NCBI GenBank assembly: GCA_045106895.1
Contig: JBGCFM010000024.1
Span: 64,001 to 128,000, forward strand
Reading direction: 5' to 3'
From: Polyangiales bacterium
Lineage (GTDB): Bacteria > Myxococcota_A > Polyangia > Polyangiales > Houyiibacteriaceae
Length of the DNA: 64,000 nt
In this document: positions 47,576 through 58,280 of the stretch, one piece after another
Layout of the letters: every line of letters begins with the position of its first letter
Numbering within the stretch: position 1 is the stretch's first letter
Notes under the pieces: model-generated
The model's input: the letters and a program-made list of their open reading frames with translations, nothing else
Database searches by the model: none
What the model was told of the DNA's origin: nothing
Translations under genes and position numbers: made by a program

Positions 47576-48583
47576 ATGTCTCAACTCGAAACCAAGGGCC
47601 GAACTTCAAGCGTTGCCCCGCGCATCTTATTGGTGGGTGCAGGAGCCGTGGGACAGGTCTACGGACAAGCGCTGCAACGTGGCGGTGCCCACGTCTCGTT
47701 CCTTGTTCGGGCCAAGTACAAAGCCGAGGTCGCCGCGGGCCTCCTCCTCTACCGGATCTCCGGAAAGCGCGGCCGCGAGGCGGAGCCCTTCATGCCGGAT
47801 GGTGTGTATGGCCACTTCGACGAGCTCAAAGACGAGCGCTTCGATCAGGTCTGGCTATGCGTCTCCACGCCCGCAGCGCAGAGCGGCATCGCCGACGAGA
47901 CCTGCGACCTCGGGCGGCTGATTCGAAACCTCCACGGTGCCACCCTCGTCGTGCTCCAGGCGGGTCCTCAGGTCACAAACCTTGTGGAAGCTCTCGTGCC
48001 TGCCCGCCAGCGCTGTGACGGGGGCATCGCGATGATCTCCTACCAGGCGCCTCTCGTTCCGGACGAAGTGCCAGAACCCGGCGTGGCTTATTGGACGCCC
48101 ACGCCGTCGCCCTTCGAAGGCGCGGACGACGAGGCCATCGTCGCTCTGCTCCGCGCTGGCGGCTGCCCCGCGAAGGTCGCGCAGGACACGCGCTCGATGA
48201 TGAGTTTCGGCTCGGCGACCTTGATGCCAACGATGGTCGCCCTCGAAGGCGCGGGCTGGAAGGTCAGCGGTCTGCGACGCGGTCCTTGGGCTCGCCTCGC
48301 AACGCATGCTTCGCGGGAAGCGCGTAATATCGTGGCCAAGACACGCGCCACGGAAGCGCCCGCGGCGATGGACATGCTGGGCCCCGTCGGTCTCAAGGGC
48401 CTGTCATTCGTCGCGCCGGCGATCATGCCTTTCGACCTGGACGTTTACCTTCGCTACCACTTTTCGAAGGTTCACGACCAGACGCGCCTGCTCATCGACC
48501 ACTACGTGAGCGAAGGCGAGCGTGTTGGACTCCCGACTGCGGAGCTTCGAGAGCTCCGCTCGAACGTATTCGGCAGCGCCTAG
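47576..48583 (+). CDS. Ketopantoate reductase (PanE/ApbA)-like protein
   Basis: ILLVGAGAVGQVYG Rossmann motif, VSFLVR, VLQ. Confidence 0.7.
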   Translation: MSQLETKGRTSSVAPRILLVGAGAVGQVYGQALQRGGAHVSFLVRAKYKAEVAAGLLLYRISGKRGREAEPFMPDGVYGHFDELKDERFDQVWLCVSTPAAQSGIADETCDLGRLIRNLHGATLVVLQAGPQVTNLVEALVPARQRCDGGIAMISYQAPLVPDEVPEPGVAYWTPTPSPFEGADDEAIVALLRAGGCPAKVAQDTRSMMSFGSATLMPTMVALEGAGWKVSGLRRGPWARLATHASREARNIVAKTRATEAPAAMDMLGPVGLKGLSFVAPAIMPFDLDVYLRYHFSKVHDQTRLLIDHYVSEGERVGLPTAELRELRSNVFGSA

Positions 48584-48592
48584 ATACGCAGA

Positions 48593-51388
48593 CTAGAGGG
48601 TCAGCTCGCCGCCGGCCTCATCTTCTCGAACGTGCTTCGGGAAGAGGTCACGAGGCGACGGCGGACGGTAGGGCGCACCTTTGGTGGTGGAACGCATTCG
48701 AAGCCGAGGGCGCTTTACGACGACCTCATCGATGAAGGAGTCGAGCTCCGCTTCTGCCTTCTTGCTTTCGACGGGTAGGCGCGTCGCCTGAAGCGCGGTC
48801 TCAAGGGCGTCCGCGTCGACGCCTGCCGCTGCGAGGATCTGAGCACGCAGATCGAGGCCATCATTCTGCGGCGGGTTCTTCCGCACGGCGAGGGGAATCG
48901 CCACGTCGTCATCGACCGTCGCGGCGGGCGTTCCGGGCTCGGCGGTCTGAAGCATGAGCTCCGGAGTCGGCTTCGCGACACGAGCGACGGGACCATCGAA
49001 AACAGTGTCGGCGTCGTCCGTGGACTGAAGAGCGTCGAAGGTGTCCGCGTCAGCGGCCTCCGCCTCGACGACCTCAGCGGACGCCTCAACGATGTTCGTC
49101 GCTGTCGTCTGGAGAGCGAGGAGCTCTTCGAACACGGCTTGGGACTCCGTCGAGAGCTCGAATGAGACCTGGGCGTCCATGAGCTCCGCGAGGGCCTCTT
49201 GAGTCTCCGAGGAGGCCTCAAGCGCTGGCGTCTCGAGGGTGACGACTCCGTCCCGGACACGAAGGGCGCAGCTCGGCGCATCAAAGGCGGTTGTGGTGAG
49301 AACGCCTGCGTGGTGTGTCGCGCCAGCCCCTAGTCGCCGGAACTCCGGTCCGCTCAGGTATTCGAACATCGCGAATCGGACGGAGGCGTCGTCGGGCGTT
49401 TCATTCGACGTCTCGGGCGCTGGTGGCGCGACGCTGAGGGGCGTTACGTCGATGTCGATGGATGGGAAAGCCGCGGCTTCGGCATCGATGGGGAAGTCGA
49501 GCTCGATGTCGATGGATGCGAACGCTGCCGCTTCTGGATCGATGGGGAACAGGTCCTCGTCGCTCCCGGCGTCGGCAGCTTCGACGGCGTCGGCAGCTTC
49601 GGAGGCGGCTTCGACAGCGGCGTCCTCGGAGGCCGCTTCAACAGCGGCTACTTCGGAGGCGGCTTCGACAGCGGCGTCTTGGGAGGCCGCTTCTTCGGAG
49701 GTGTCCTCAGGGAAGAGGGTGTCATCAGAGAGGAGCGCGTCGAGGTCCGCCTCGGTCTCCGCGATGAGCGACGCGAGGGGTTGGGCCTCTCCATCGCGAA
49801 TGACGCACACTTGGTCGCGCTGGCGTCCACGGACGTCGATGATGCGCCGCACGCTGACAGGGTTTCGGAGCGGCTGAGAGGGAGCGAGGGGCGAAGGAGG
49901 AAGAGCAGCCGGCGCAGCGTCTACCTTCTCCACGACCATCGGCGTGAGGGGCATGGTGGCCGTGAGGCTCTTGGGCGAAGCCGCCTTCATCGGCGTGAGG
50001 GGCATGGTGGCCGTGAGGCTCTTGGGCGAGGTGTCTTCCTGCGCGTCCTTGGCATTCTGGCGAGGTCCCGGAGCGCTGGAGTCGGGGCCCGGAGCCTTGA
50101 GTCCGCCGCTGGCGGTTTTGAGGGTCTTCGCCTGCTTCTCGTCGTTCGCGAGCGCTTCTGGGCGAGGCATCGTGGGCTTGTACGTGCCGAGAGGGAGCGT
50201 CTTGCCCCCCGAGTGAAGCATGGGGTTCGCGTCGCTGACGTCGTCGACCATGATCGGCTGGAGCGGCTTCAGCGTGGCCTGAGGCACGACTACAGGAGCA
50301 AACTCGGCTTCGCTCGACGCCTCCGGCGTGCTCTCCGGCGCAACATCTTGCGCGAACATGGCGTCCACGTTGCGGATCAGCATCGAAGGGTTCGTGCTGC
50401 CCTGAAGGTCCACGGCTTCTGCTGGAGCGGCAGGAAGGGGCGCGCGTGCGCTGACAATGGAGCGCTTGAGATCGCTCATCGCGGATACGCCTGCGGCGAC
50501 GGCTCGGTCGAGCTCTTCGCTCATCGTCAGCTCATCGAAGGCGGCCTCGTGGGCGCCAGCGATGACGGCCATGTCCACGAGCATCAAGGGGTCGACCTCG
50601 ATGGTGGCGGCGTGTGCGCGAAGACGGTCCGCGTGTGCGACGCTGCCTTTCTCTTCGAGGAGGTCTGCCATGGTCTCCCAAGCTTCGACCCAGCCGCACT
50701 CCATCTGCGTCACGCGGCGCAGGGCGATCTCTGCGAGCTCACGTTCGCCGCGGGCCTTCAGAATTGTACCCTTCACAAAGAGTGCGTCGGCGTCTTCCCC
50801 GTCTCGCTCCAGGGCGTAGTTGAGCACGGCCAGGGCGTCATCGAAGCGCGATTCCGCCACGAGAGCGTTCGCGAGCATGGCGGCGTCATCAGCGTGCTCG
50901 TCCTGAAGAAAGCGGTCTTTGCGCAAGGTCAGTCGGTGAGCCTGCTCGATGTCCGCGCGAAGTGCGCAGGTCGCCGCGTCCGCAGGGTCCATCGAGTAGC
51001 AGCGCTCCACGGCGGCCCAAGCGCGACCGTAGTCCTCCATGTGGAAGAGCAGCCGTGCGAGACGGACCATCGGCTCAGCCCACTCCGGCGCGAGTCGCGC
51101 AGCTTTTACGAGAAGAGTCCGGGCATCCACGTGCTCGCCGAGGGTCTCGGCGATGCCGGCGCCAGTGAGCAGGAGGTCGACGTCCGTTGGGTCCTTGTGC
51201 AGCGCGGTCATGCATACGAGGCGCGCGTCCCGAAGACGACCCGCGCTGATGAGGTCCTGCGCGAGCATCACCGGCTCTTCGCTATCGCCTACGTTTTGGT
51301 GTCGAAGGACACGCATGGTGAGCGCGCGCTCTTCCATCTGCCTGCTGTCGAAAGCCAAGCCGCCCTCACGAATTTCAGTGTCGCCCAT
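48593..51388 (-). CDS. TPR protein with long acidic low-complexity tail
   Basis: N-terminal TPR-like helices; repeat-rich Ala/Glu/Asp C-terminal part; start uncertain (ORF open to 51547). Confidence 0.7.
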   Translation of the reverse strand: MGDTEIREGGLAFDSRQMEERALTMRVLRHQNVGDSEEPVMLAQDLISAGRLRDARLVCMTALHKDPTDVDLLLTGAGIAETLGEHVDARTLLVKAARLAPEWAEPMVRLARLLFHMEDYGRAWAAVERCYSMDPADAATCALRADIEQAHRLTLRKDRFLQDEHADDAAMLANALVAESRFDDALAVLNYALERDGEDADALFVKGTILKARGERELAEIALRRVTQMECGWVEAWETMADLLEEKGSVAHADRLRAHAATIEVDPLMLVDMAVIAGAHEAAFDELTMSEELDRAVAAGVSAMSDLKRSIVSARAPLPAAPAEAVDLQGSTNPSMLIRNVDAMFAQDVAPESTPEASSEAEFAPVVVPQATLKPLQPIMVDDVSDANPMLHSGGKTLPLGTYKPTMPRPEALANDEKQAKTLKTASGGLKAPGPDSSAPGPRQNAKDAQEDTSPKSLTATMPLTPMKAASPKSLTATMPLTPMVVEKVDAAPAALPPSPLAPSQPLRNPVSVRRIIDVRGRQRDQVCVIRDGEAQPLASLIAETEADLDALLSDDTLFPEDTSEEAASQDAAVEAASEVAAVEAASEDAAVEAASEAADAVEAADAGSDEDLFPIDPEAAAFASIDIELDFPIDAEAAAFPSIDIDVTPLSVAPPAPETSNETPDDASVRFAMFEYLSGPEFRRLGAGATHHAGVLTTTAFDAPSCALRVRDGVVTLETPALEASSETQEALAELMDAQVSFELSTESQAVFEELLALQTTATNIVEASAEVVEAEAADADTFDALQSTDDADTVFDGPVARVAKPTPELMLQTAEPGTPAATVDDDVAIPLAVRKNPPQNDGLDLRAQILAAAGVDADALETALQATRLPVESKKAEAELDSFIDEVVVKRPRLRMRSTTKGAPYRPPSPRDLFPKHVREDEAGGELTL
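49937..50029. repeat. Perfect 42-bp direct repeat, two copies, 51-bp period (SPKSLTATMPLTPM)
   Basis: Copies at 49937-49978 and 49988-50029 are identical. Confidence 0.9.
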
Positions 51389-51481
51389 GGCAGGAGAATC
51401 GCCGGCGGATCCCAATGCACCAACAATTCGACAAGACACCACAGATTGGGCGCCTTTTGCCGACTCACCTATAGTGGCCAC

Positions 51482-52690
51482 GTGGCTTTCCTGACTCGAT
51501 GCGCGGCTTTCTGTCTGGTCCTCCTGAGCGCCAGCGTCCATGCCCAAGACCTCGCTCCCACTCGCGCGACGAGCGTTCGCATCGTGGACGCCGACTCACC
51601 CGTCTTTCTGGCGGCGCGCGACCGAGCACCCCGACGCGGCACCATCGCCCTTGGAACGCACCTGCCGCTTCTGGGCCGCGTGCGTGGTGGCGGATGTCCG
51701 ACGGGCGTTTGGGCTCAGGTCGGCGAGTCCCTCTATATCTGTGACCGCCGCGTGGAGTACACGACGCGCCCCGCGAGCGGCTACAACCACCCTCGGATTC
51801 GTCCTGGAGAGCTCCTGCCCTTCAACTACGGCTTCGTGAGCATGGACGGCGTCCGGGCGTTCTCGCACCCCCAAGACTATTTCACCGATGACTACTACGA
51901 GGCCCTCGGCGCGGGCTTTGGCGTCATCGTCGCCGGGCGCGAGAGCTACGAGGGGATGCGCTTCATTCGAACCCGGCGGCGGCTCTATATCCCGGCTCAG
52001 TCCGTTCGAATGGCGCGGGGCAGTGACTTTGCCGGGGTGACGCTAGAAGAGGGAGCGCTCAACGTCGCTTGGGTTTCGGCTCGTCAAACTTCGGTCCGAG
52101 AGCGACCACGTGGCCGGAGTCTGCGGACCCTCGCCAAGCGGACCGCTGTTCGAATCGGCGAGCCGGAACGCGGCTGGGTGGAGCTCGCCGAGGGCGGCTT
52201 TGTTCGAACACGAGACCTGCGCATCGCCGAGCTCACCGAGCGACCCGAAGAGGTCGAGGACAGCGGCACGTGGATCGACATGGACGTATCGTCGCAGATA
52301 CTCGTGGCGTACCGCGGCGACACACCGGTGTTTACGACCCTCATCAGCAGCGGCCGCGCAGGCCGTCACCACGCGACGCCCCTTGGCACGCATCGCATCT
52401 GGGTGAAGCTGGCGTTCTCCGACATGGACAACCTTCAGCGTCAGAACGTGTCGCGAAACTACGCTATCGAGCGGGTGCCCTGGGTTCAGTACTTCGCGCG
52501 CGCAAACGGGCTCCACGCTGCGTTCTGGCATGACGACTTTGGCCGCCGGAAGAGCCACGGCTGCATCAACCTTTCGCCGCGAGATGCGCGGACGCTCTTC
52601 GAGTTCACGGAGCCTCGCCTGCCTGTGGGCTGGACCGCGATCTTCCCACGCGAGGACGAGCCCACCACGTATGTGCGGGTCCGGCCTTAG
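51482..52690 (+). CDS. L,D-transpeptidase (YkuD family)
   Basis: WIDMDVSSQ, TP.G, LHAAFWH...SHGCINL; signal peptide after GTG 51482. Confidence 0.88.
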   Translation: MAFLTRCAAFCLVLLSASVHAQDLAPTRATSVRIVDADSPVFLAARDRAPRRGTIALGTHLPLLGRVRGGGCPTGVWAQVGESLYICDRRVEYTTRPASGYNHPRIRPGELLPFNYGFVSMDGVRAFSHPQDYFTDDYYEALGAGFGVIVAGRESYEGMRFIRTRRRLYIPAQSVRMARGSDFAGVTLEEGALNVAWVSARQTSVRERPRGRSLRTLAKRTAVRIGEPERGWVELAEGGFVRTRDLRIAELTERPEEVEDSGTWIDMDVSSQILVAYRGDTPVFTTLISSGRAGRHHATPLGTHRIWVKLAFSDMDNLQRQNVSRNYAIERVPWVQYFARANGLHAAFWHDDFGRRKSHGCINLSPRDARTLFEFTEPRLPVGWTAIFPREDEPTTYVRVRP

Positions 52691-52724
52691 CCCTCAATCC
52701 GGTGTTAGTTGCGCGACTAACTTG

Positions 52725-54254
52725 TTAGATTCCGCTCACGTCACGCTTCGTCGAGACCGTGTAGGTCAACGTGAAGGTGCGCCTCTCCCCAGCCCGCAAG
52801 GTGTCCAGCCAGCGGACGAAGCCGTCTTTGTCTGGCTGCTTGGAGTCTGTGGTCTCCGCTCCGTCGACTTTGATCTCGACGCTCTCGAGCTCCGACACCG
52901 GCACCCGCTCGATGATCTCCAAGTGGTGGGTCCCGCGTCCAATGTTGGAGATCTTCAGCTGAATCTTCTTCGTCTTGTGGGTCCAGCCCCTCAACATGGA
53001 GTGTTTGGGATCTAAGTTCTTGCTCTCGCGTGTCACGCGAAGCTCGTTCTCTGGACCCCAACCCAAGTCGAAACGCTCCCCCGGCGCGACAAAGAGCGTC
53101 TTCGTCCGGCCAACAGGGCCCGACTCGCGAATGAGGTCGACGGGACCCGCGAGAACCGGCCGCGAACTCTCATTGCTCAGCGATGTCTTCTGCTGGACCG
53201 TGTTTTCAAGCTCACTGACCACAAAGAGCTTCGACTCGGCGGGCGCCGTAAAGGTGCTCAAAGGGATCCGATGAGGACGCCCGTCGGCGCGAACGGTGGC
53301 CTTACTTGGAGCCTTCAGGAGCAGGGCGTCTCCGCCGTCGTCGATGCCAGGCAGCTCCGAGGCGAGACGGGCGGCTCCTGCGCTCTCCACCTCTTCCTCG
53401 CGCATGGTGACCTGGGTACCCGAGGCTTTCTTCTGAACCCGAAGCTCGTCCGTCGACAGAAGCGGTGGGTCGACGCCCAAGGACGCGCGCTCCGTGGACA
53501 CCTCAAGTTCCACCTCGCTCCAGTCCTCTCCGGTGCGCTGCCAGACGCAGGCCTGAGTCTCAAAGTGGACCGCGCTTCCTTGCCAACGGGCGCGGTGTTG
53601 AGGCCGCCAGCATGCGCCGGGCACCGCGTAGCTGACGTCCAAGCGCGCATCTCCATCCGATTCACTCATGATACGAAGCTCGATCCAGGCGCATTCTTCG
53701 GAGGTGGTTCGCCGCGCGTCTCGAAGCAGGACGCGGATGTCGTTGAGTTCCTCGACGGCGTCGTTGGCCTGCTGAACGCCCTTGGCGATGTCCTCGTGAA
53801 GTCCCGAGATACGCCCGGCGATCTCTGTGAAGGTTGCCTCCCAGCTATCGGAGGAGTTCCTGCCCCACGCCACATCCACGCTCGCCTCCGTGGCGGCTTT
53901 GGACGACGAGTCTTCCCAGAAACGCAGGTCTTCACGCATGCCGTCGAGGCGTGCGTTGGTGGCTTCGCTCTTTCGCGCGGCGACGCGCTCGAGCTCTATC
54001 AGTTCCTTCACACGGGCTGGCTGCTCTTCGCTTCGGTGGACACGAAAGCGGCGCACGCGCGCGTCGAGGACGCGGGCGTCGCCTGCTTTGACGACAAGGG
54101 TCTTGTCGATGAGGGCCGGAGCCACGCCTTCGACGCGAAGCCGCTGGATGCCGCTTTTGAGGGGGACTGTGCTCTCGCGCTCGATGAGGGCGCGTTCTTC
54201 AAGGACCGTGACCCGCCTGATGGGGCACTCGATGTTGGCGCTGTCTTCGCTCAT
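52725..54254 (-). CDS. DUF4140/DUF4139 (MuiA-like) protein
   Basis: VTVLEERA, Y.VPGACWRP, QRTGEDW, ERVPVSE. Confidence 0.85.
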   Translation of the reverse strand: MSEDSANIECPIRRVTVLEERALIERESTVPLKSGIQRLRVEGVAPALIDKTLVVKAGDARVLDARVRRFRVHRSEEQPARVKELIELERVAARKSEATNARLDGMREDLRFWEDSSSKAATEASVDVAWGRNSSDSWEATFTEIAGRISGLHEDIAKGVQQANDAVEELNDIRVLLRDARRTTSEECAWIELRIMSESDGDARLDVSYAVPGACWRPQHRARWQGSAVHFETQACVWQRTGEDWSEVELEVSTERASLGVDPPLLSTDELRVQKKASGTQVTMREEEVESAGAARLASELPGIDDGGDALLLKAPSKATVRADGRPHRIPLSTFTAPAESKLFVVSELENTVQQKTSLSNESSRPVLAGPVDLIRESGPVGRTKTLFVAPGERFDLGWGPENELRVTRESKNLDPKHSMLRGWTHKTKKIQLKISNIGRGTHHLEIIERVPVSELESVEIKVDGAETTDSKQPDKDGFVRWLDTLRAGERRTFTLTYTVSTKRDVSGI

Positions 54255-56290
54255 GCGTCTCTCCGGTTTCCGCCCGCGAGCTCGTTCTTCGATGAGATCT
54301 TGATGGTGTAGCTCGCACCCAGGACGTGTTTTTCGCCGCGGGCCAGTGGAATCTTCCACTCGTAGCCGCCTCGGAGGGTGTCGTCCTTGTTCTTGTAGGG
54401 GCTCCACCGGGGCTCGCACTTCACGACGCGGACCTCGATATCGTCCTCGTCCTCCCGGAGCACGGGGATACGCTCACGCACCTCCAGAAGCGCGTCGGTG
54501 TCGATGTAGCTGACCACCTCGACCTCGAGATGATGCTCCAGCTCAAGGGACCCACGCAGCATCCCAGCGACGCTCTCCTCGAACTGCACGTTTCGAGCGA
54601 CCTTGATGCGTTGCTCCACACCGAGGCCGAGCTTCAGCGTCTCTCCGGGGCCGACCACAGGCATCGCGCGAGCAAGGAGGAAGCGGCCGTCGATGTAGAT
54701 ATCGAGGGGACCGGCGAGGAGTGGGGCCTCAAGGGGGTTCGCGATGTCGATGAAGCGGAACACCTCTCGGCTCTCGCGCGGAACACATACAAAGCGAGGC
54801 GTGCCCTTGGCGTCAGCCACGCTGAGGGATGCGCCGACCCAGCTTCCGTCGGATGGAATCGTCGCGTTGCCTTCCACCTCGAAGCTGTAGTCGAAGCCCT
54901 CGACGGGGCGCGGCAAGACGTGGCCTGGAGGCTCGGCTGTCAGTGAGTGGCTGCCCGCGGCTTTCGCTTCGCGTCGCTCGCGCCGGAGCTTTCCCCGGCC
55001 CGGATCGCTCGCGGCTGGCATTCGTAAGTTGCCGAACTGAAGCCATTCATCACCGGGGCGCAGTGGGCCCTCCGCGGACATGGAGTCCATGCCGTCCATC
55101 CCGCCAAGCATGGTGTCCTCCATGGCGCCTTCGGGCTCGCTTCGGCTCGCGCGAACATCGAGCTTCGCCGACAGAGCTCGAGGCGCCGCAGACTTCTTCT
55201 TCATTCGCCTGCCCCGGGCCATCGAGCGTGGTGCTGGCGCGGCGAGCTCCTCGGCGGCTTCGATCATCGGCGCTCCGACGGGCGCTGCTCCACCAAAGCC
55301 CGGCGGCGCCTGAGGCGGAGGTGGGGGCGCGGCGGGTGCGGGAGCCGACATGGGCATCGCCACAGGCTTGGCGGGGGGTCTTGCGGGCTTAGGCGCCGGA
55401 CGAAAGCCTTGGTCGTAGTCCTGGAAGAGCATGTCGACGCCGCTCGGCGGTGGCCGATAACCCTTTGTCGCCGGGGCAGGCTGCCGGCGGCCGATACGAA
55501 GTGAACGCAAGACTGGAAGCTCCGCGTGGGCCTGGGGGATAGCCGTCGAGAGCCGGAGACGTGCCTCGTTCCAGTCCTCGCCGGAGTGCTGCGCGATGAG
55601 CGCCCGTGTCTCCAGACGGACTTTGCGCAGGCCCTCTTCGAGGCGAAGAACATAGGAAGGTCGCCATGACGCCGTAGGAACCATGTACTCCAGCCAAACG
55701 GTCCCCGCGTTTCCGTCGAGGCTGAGGTCGACGGCTTTGCGCACCTCGTTCTCTCGTGCCGCGACGGCGTTCCCGGCCCGTTTACGCTTCTCTTGGAGGT
55801 CTTTGCGTTCTTCAACGGCCAAACGAAGCGCCTCTGTAAGGGCGGCGCGTTCCTCACGGCGTTGCTCCAGCTGAGCGCGCCGAAAGTCGATGAGTTTGGA
55901 GCGCGCGGCGCTGGGGATGGCCACGGGCACTTCGCCTTCGGCGCGACCCCGAGGCTTGATCGAGAGCGTCTGCAGGTCCTGGACGATTCGGTCGACGGCG
56001 GCGATGCGCGCTTTGGCGATCCGTTCCGCTTCCATCGCAGCCCGCAGCTCCGTGTCCCGCGCTGGGGTTTCGGCCGCGTCATCGTTTCCGAGGGCGAGCA
56101 CCACCACCGCTTCGCTGGCCATAGTGCCTTCCGCTCGAACGCGTAGAGTGCTGTCCACAAGGGAGAGGGGGAGTCCGAGGACTCGGCCCTTCGTCACACC
56201 TGCAGAGATCTCAACCTGGCGCCGTACGATGGCGCCACGCCGGAAGACGGTCACATCGTCGATGCTCGAAGAAAGGGGCGTCGGCTTCAT
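54251..56290 (-). CDS. DUF4140/DUF4139 protein
   Basis: VTVFRRGA, ASWRPSY, QHSGEDW, LLAGP, GGNRRD end; ATGA overlap with its paralogue. Confidence 0.85.
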   Translation of the reverse strand: MKPTPLSSSIDDVTVFRRGAIVRRQVEISAGVTKGRVLGLPLSLVDSTLRVRAEGTMASEAVVVLALGNDDAAETPARDTELRAAMEAERIAKARIAAVDRIVQDLQTLSIKPRGRAEGEVPVAIPSAARSKLIDFRRAQLEQRREERAALTEALRLAVEERKDLQEKRKRAGNAVAARENEVRKAVDLSLDGNAGTVWLEYMVPTASWRPSYVLRLEEGLRKVRLETRALIAQHSGEDWNEARLRLSTAIPQAHAELPVLRSLRIGRRQPAPATKGYRPPPSGVDMLFQDYDQGFRPAPKPARPPAKPVAMPMSAPAPAAPPPPPQAPPGFGGAAPVGAPMIEAAEELAAPAPRSMARGRRMKKKSAAPRALSAKLDVRASRSEPEGAMEDTMLGGMDGMDSMSAEGPLRPGDEWLQFGNLRMPAASDPGRGKLRRERREAKAAGSHSLTAEPPGHVLPRPVEGFDYSFEVEGNATIPSDGSWVGASLSVADAKGTPRFVCVPRESREVFRFIDIANPLEAPLLAGPLDIYIDGRFLLARAMPVVGPGETLKLGLGVEQRIKVARNVQFEESVAGMLRGSLELEHHLEVEVVSYIDTDALLEVRERIPVLREDEDDIEVRVVKCEPRWSPYKNKDDTLRGGYEWKIPLARGEKHVLGASYTIKISSKNELAGGNRRDA

Positions 56291-56331
56291 GCGGAGCAGT
56301 CTACCCGATGATCGTCCCCTGCTGGCGACGT

Positions 56332-58197
56332 CTATTCGGGGGTATCTGGGCTCAGAAGGAACCGCTGAACGTCGATGGGGCCTTCAAGCTCGCCCTCTTC
56401 GTTGGGGGTCTGAAGCGCCGCGGCCAACGCGCGTGCGTGTTCATCTTCGTCGTTCATGGCCAACACATCGTCCATGGCCGCGCGCGCAAACTCGCGGTCA
56501 CCCCGCTCGGCGTAGAACACAGCGTCTTGAAAGCGTCGCCAGAACACCTGGGCGCGCGTCTCGGCGTCTCGAACATCGAGGCGCTCCATGAGGTGCTGCC
56601 ATCGCCGGCTTTGGTCTTCAGCGCCTTCGCGGCGGTCGTTGTCGCTCGCGTTTGCGCTGACCACCTCGTAGTACGCGCCGCGAGGGACGAGGGTCCCGAA
56701 GAGCGTTGGGTCGACGCGAGGATCCAGCTCCAAAAGCACCGGGCGATCCCCTGCCAGGCTCTGAAGGTCGCTGAGGCGCACGTGGCCCACCATGAGAACT
56801 CCTCGCAGCAGGTCGCGCAGCGCGGGTTCCTCGGCGACAAGGTCGTCCACCATGCCCGGGTAGGGCAGAAGAGGAACCGGAACGAGGGTCACGTCCGGCC
56901 GAAGGCGCTCTTCCGCCTCGCCGCCCCAGTAGCGGAAAATGGTCTGCGGAGAATGAGCGATGACGATGGCTCGGTCCGGGAGGTCGCGACGGATCAAGTC
57001 ATCGAAGAGGTCGGCGTCGTTGAACCCAGCGAGGGAGGCTCTCTCGGCGTGCCGTGGGAACTGGCTGGCGCCTCCAAGGGAGAGAAGCACCACCACGGCG
57101 ACGAGCCACTTGGGCGCCTGTCGGCGTGCGCCGACGACCATTTGGAAGACCGTCGCGAGGAACGCGCCGGCCATCACCACGAGGGCCATCATCGCGGGGA
57201 TGAGGTAACCCAAGGCGTCCGGATTATTCCTCACGAAGCCCAGCCACGCGCGAGCGGAGAGAAAAATCAGCAGGATGAGCGTCCAAATAACGCCGACGCG
57301 ACGTGTTTTGGCCAAGCGCAGCAAGACGTAGAGCCCGATAAGAGCGCAGACGAGGAGCCCCACGTGGAGGCTGTCGGCGAGCTGCACGAGCACATCCGCA
57401 AAGCGCTCACCCAGCGGCTGAGGGACGCCGGCGCCCTGGTTTTTTTGGAAGGCCTCGGCGCTCACCGTCCAGTAGAAGCGGCTGAAGCTGTCCGGATGTC
57501 CCAAGCGAAGCGCAGCGTCACTGCCGGCGCGAAGCGGCAGGTAAACGTAGGTGAGGAGACCGGCGAGGCCGGCTGTTGCAGCGAAGCCGAGGCCTCGAAA
57601 CCCGCGCTCGCGGACCCAGCGGCCCAGCGTCGCGGCGGCGGCGGGAAGAAGCAGAAGCGCGAGGAGATGGTGGTTCGCCAGGGCCAAACCAAAGACGAAG
57701 GCGCCCGCGACGAGAAAGCGTCCTTTGGGCGGGGGCCACTCTTTCTCAAAGCGGATCAGCTGGCTGATGACGAAAGCGAGGAGCGCGGCTTGAAGTGCGT
57801 ATACCTCAGGCCGAACCGCTTGAAACCAGAACCCAAAGGCGCCGGCGAGCCACCAAGTGGAGCCGATGGCGAGGGGTGTCGCGATCTCTGGCCCGGTGAC
57901 TTCGAGGTAGGTGCTTCGCGCCGCGCGGTAGAAAAAGAGCGTGGCGAGGCCCGCACACAGAGCGCTGATGAGCGCCACGCGGAACGCGACGGGACCGATG
58001 GGAAGCAGCATCGCCGCGCCATGGACGAGACCGGCGAGGGGATGGCCCGGCGGGTGAGCGATGCCGAGGTCCACGGCTTGCGCCACGAAGGTCCCGGAAT
58101 CGAGCCAATGAGCGGAAGGAGCGCTGGTGGCCAAATAGACCGCTGTTGGGACGCCAGCTGCGAGCATCGCAGGGCGTGGCCCGTCGCTCCACGTCAT
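56332..58197 (-). CDS. DUF2723/TMEM260-family membrane protein (putative protein O-glycosyltransferase)
   Basis: DSG, GIAHPPGHP, EVYAL, LANHH, YLPLR. Confidence 0.85.
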   Translation of the reverse strand: MTWSDGPRPAMLAAGVPTAVYLATSAPSAHWLDSGTFVAQAVDLGIAHPPGHPLAGLVHGAAMLLPIGPVAFRVALISALCAGLATLFFYRAARSTYLEVTGPEIATPLAIGSTWWLAGAFGFWFQAVRPEVYALQAALLAFVISQLIRFEKEWPPPKGRFLVAGAFVFGLALANHHLLALLLLPAAAATLGRWVRERGFRGLGFAATAGLAGLLTYVYLPLRAGSDAALRLGHPDSFSRFYWTVSAEAFQKNQGAGVPQPLGERFADVLVQLADSLHVGLLVCALIGLYVLLRLAKTRRVGVIWTLILLIFLSARAWLGFVRNNPDALGYLIPAMMALVVMAGAFLATVFQMVVGARRQAPKWLVAVVVLLSLGGASQFPRHAERASLAGFNDADLFDDLIRRDLPDRAIVIAHSPQTIFRYWGGEAEERLRPDVTLVPVPLLPYPGMVDDLVAEEPALRDLLRGVLMVGHVRLSDLQSLAGDRPVLLELDPRVDPTLFGTLVPRGAYYEVVSANASDNDRREGAEDQSRRWQHLMERLDVRDAETRAQVFWRRFQDAVFYAERGDREFARAAMDDVLAMNDEDEHARALAAALQTPNEEGELEGPIDVQRFLLSPDTPE

Positions 58198-58280
58198 CCA
58201 TGCAGGGTATCTGGGGGAGGGGCTGTCACGTCAACTTTCGCGCCCTGGCGCCACCGGCTGAACCAGGCAAAGAAGGACTC

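Noticed and set aside
46106..47584. 492-aa minus-strand ORF
   Set aside because: Antisense shadow of the sigma54 activator.
49679..51481. 600-aa N-terminal extension of the L,D-transpeptidase ORF
   Set aside because: Overlaps the minus-strand TPR gene in antisense; a signal peptide begins at about 51482.
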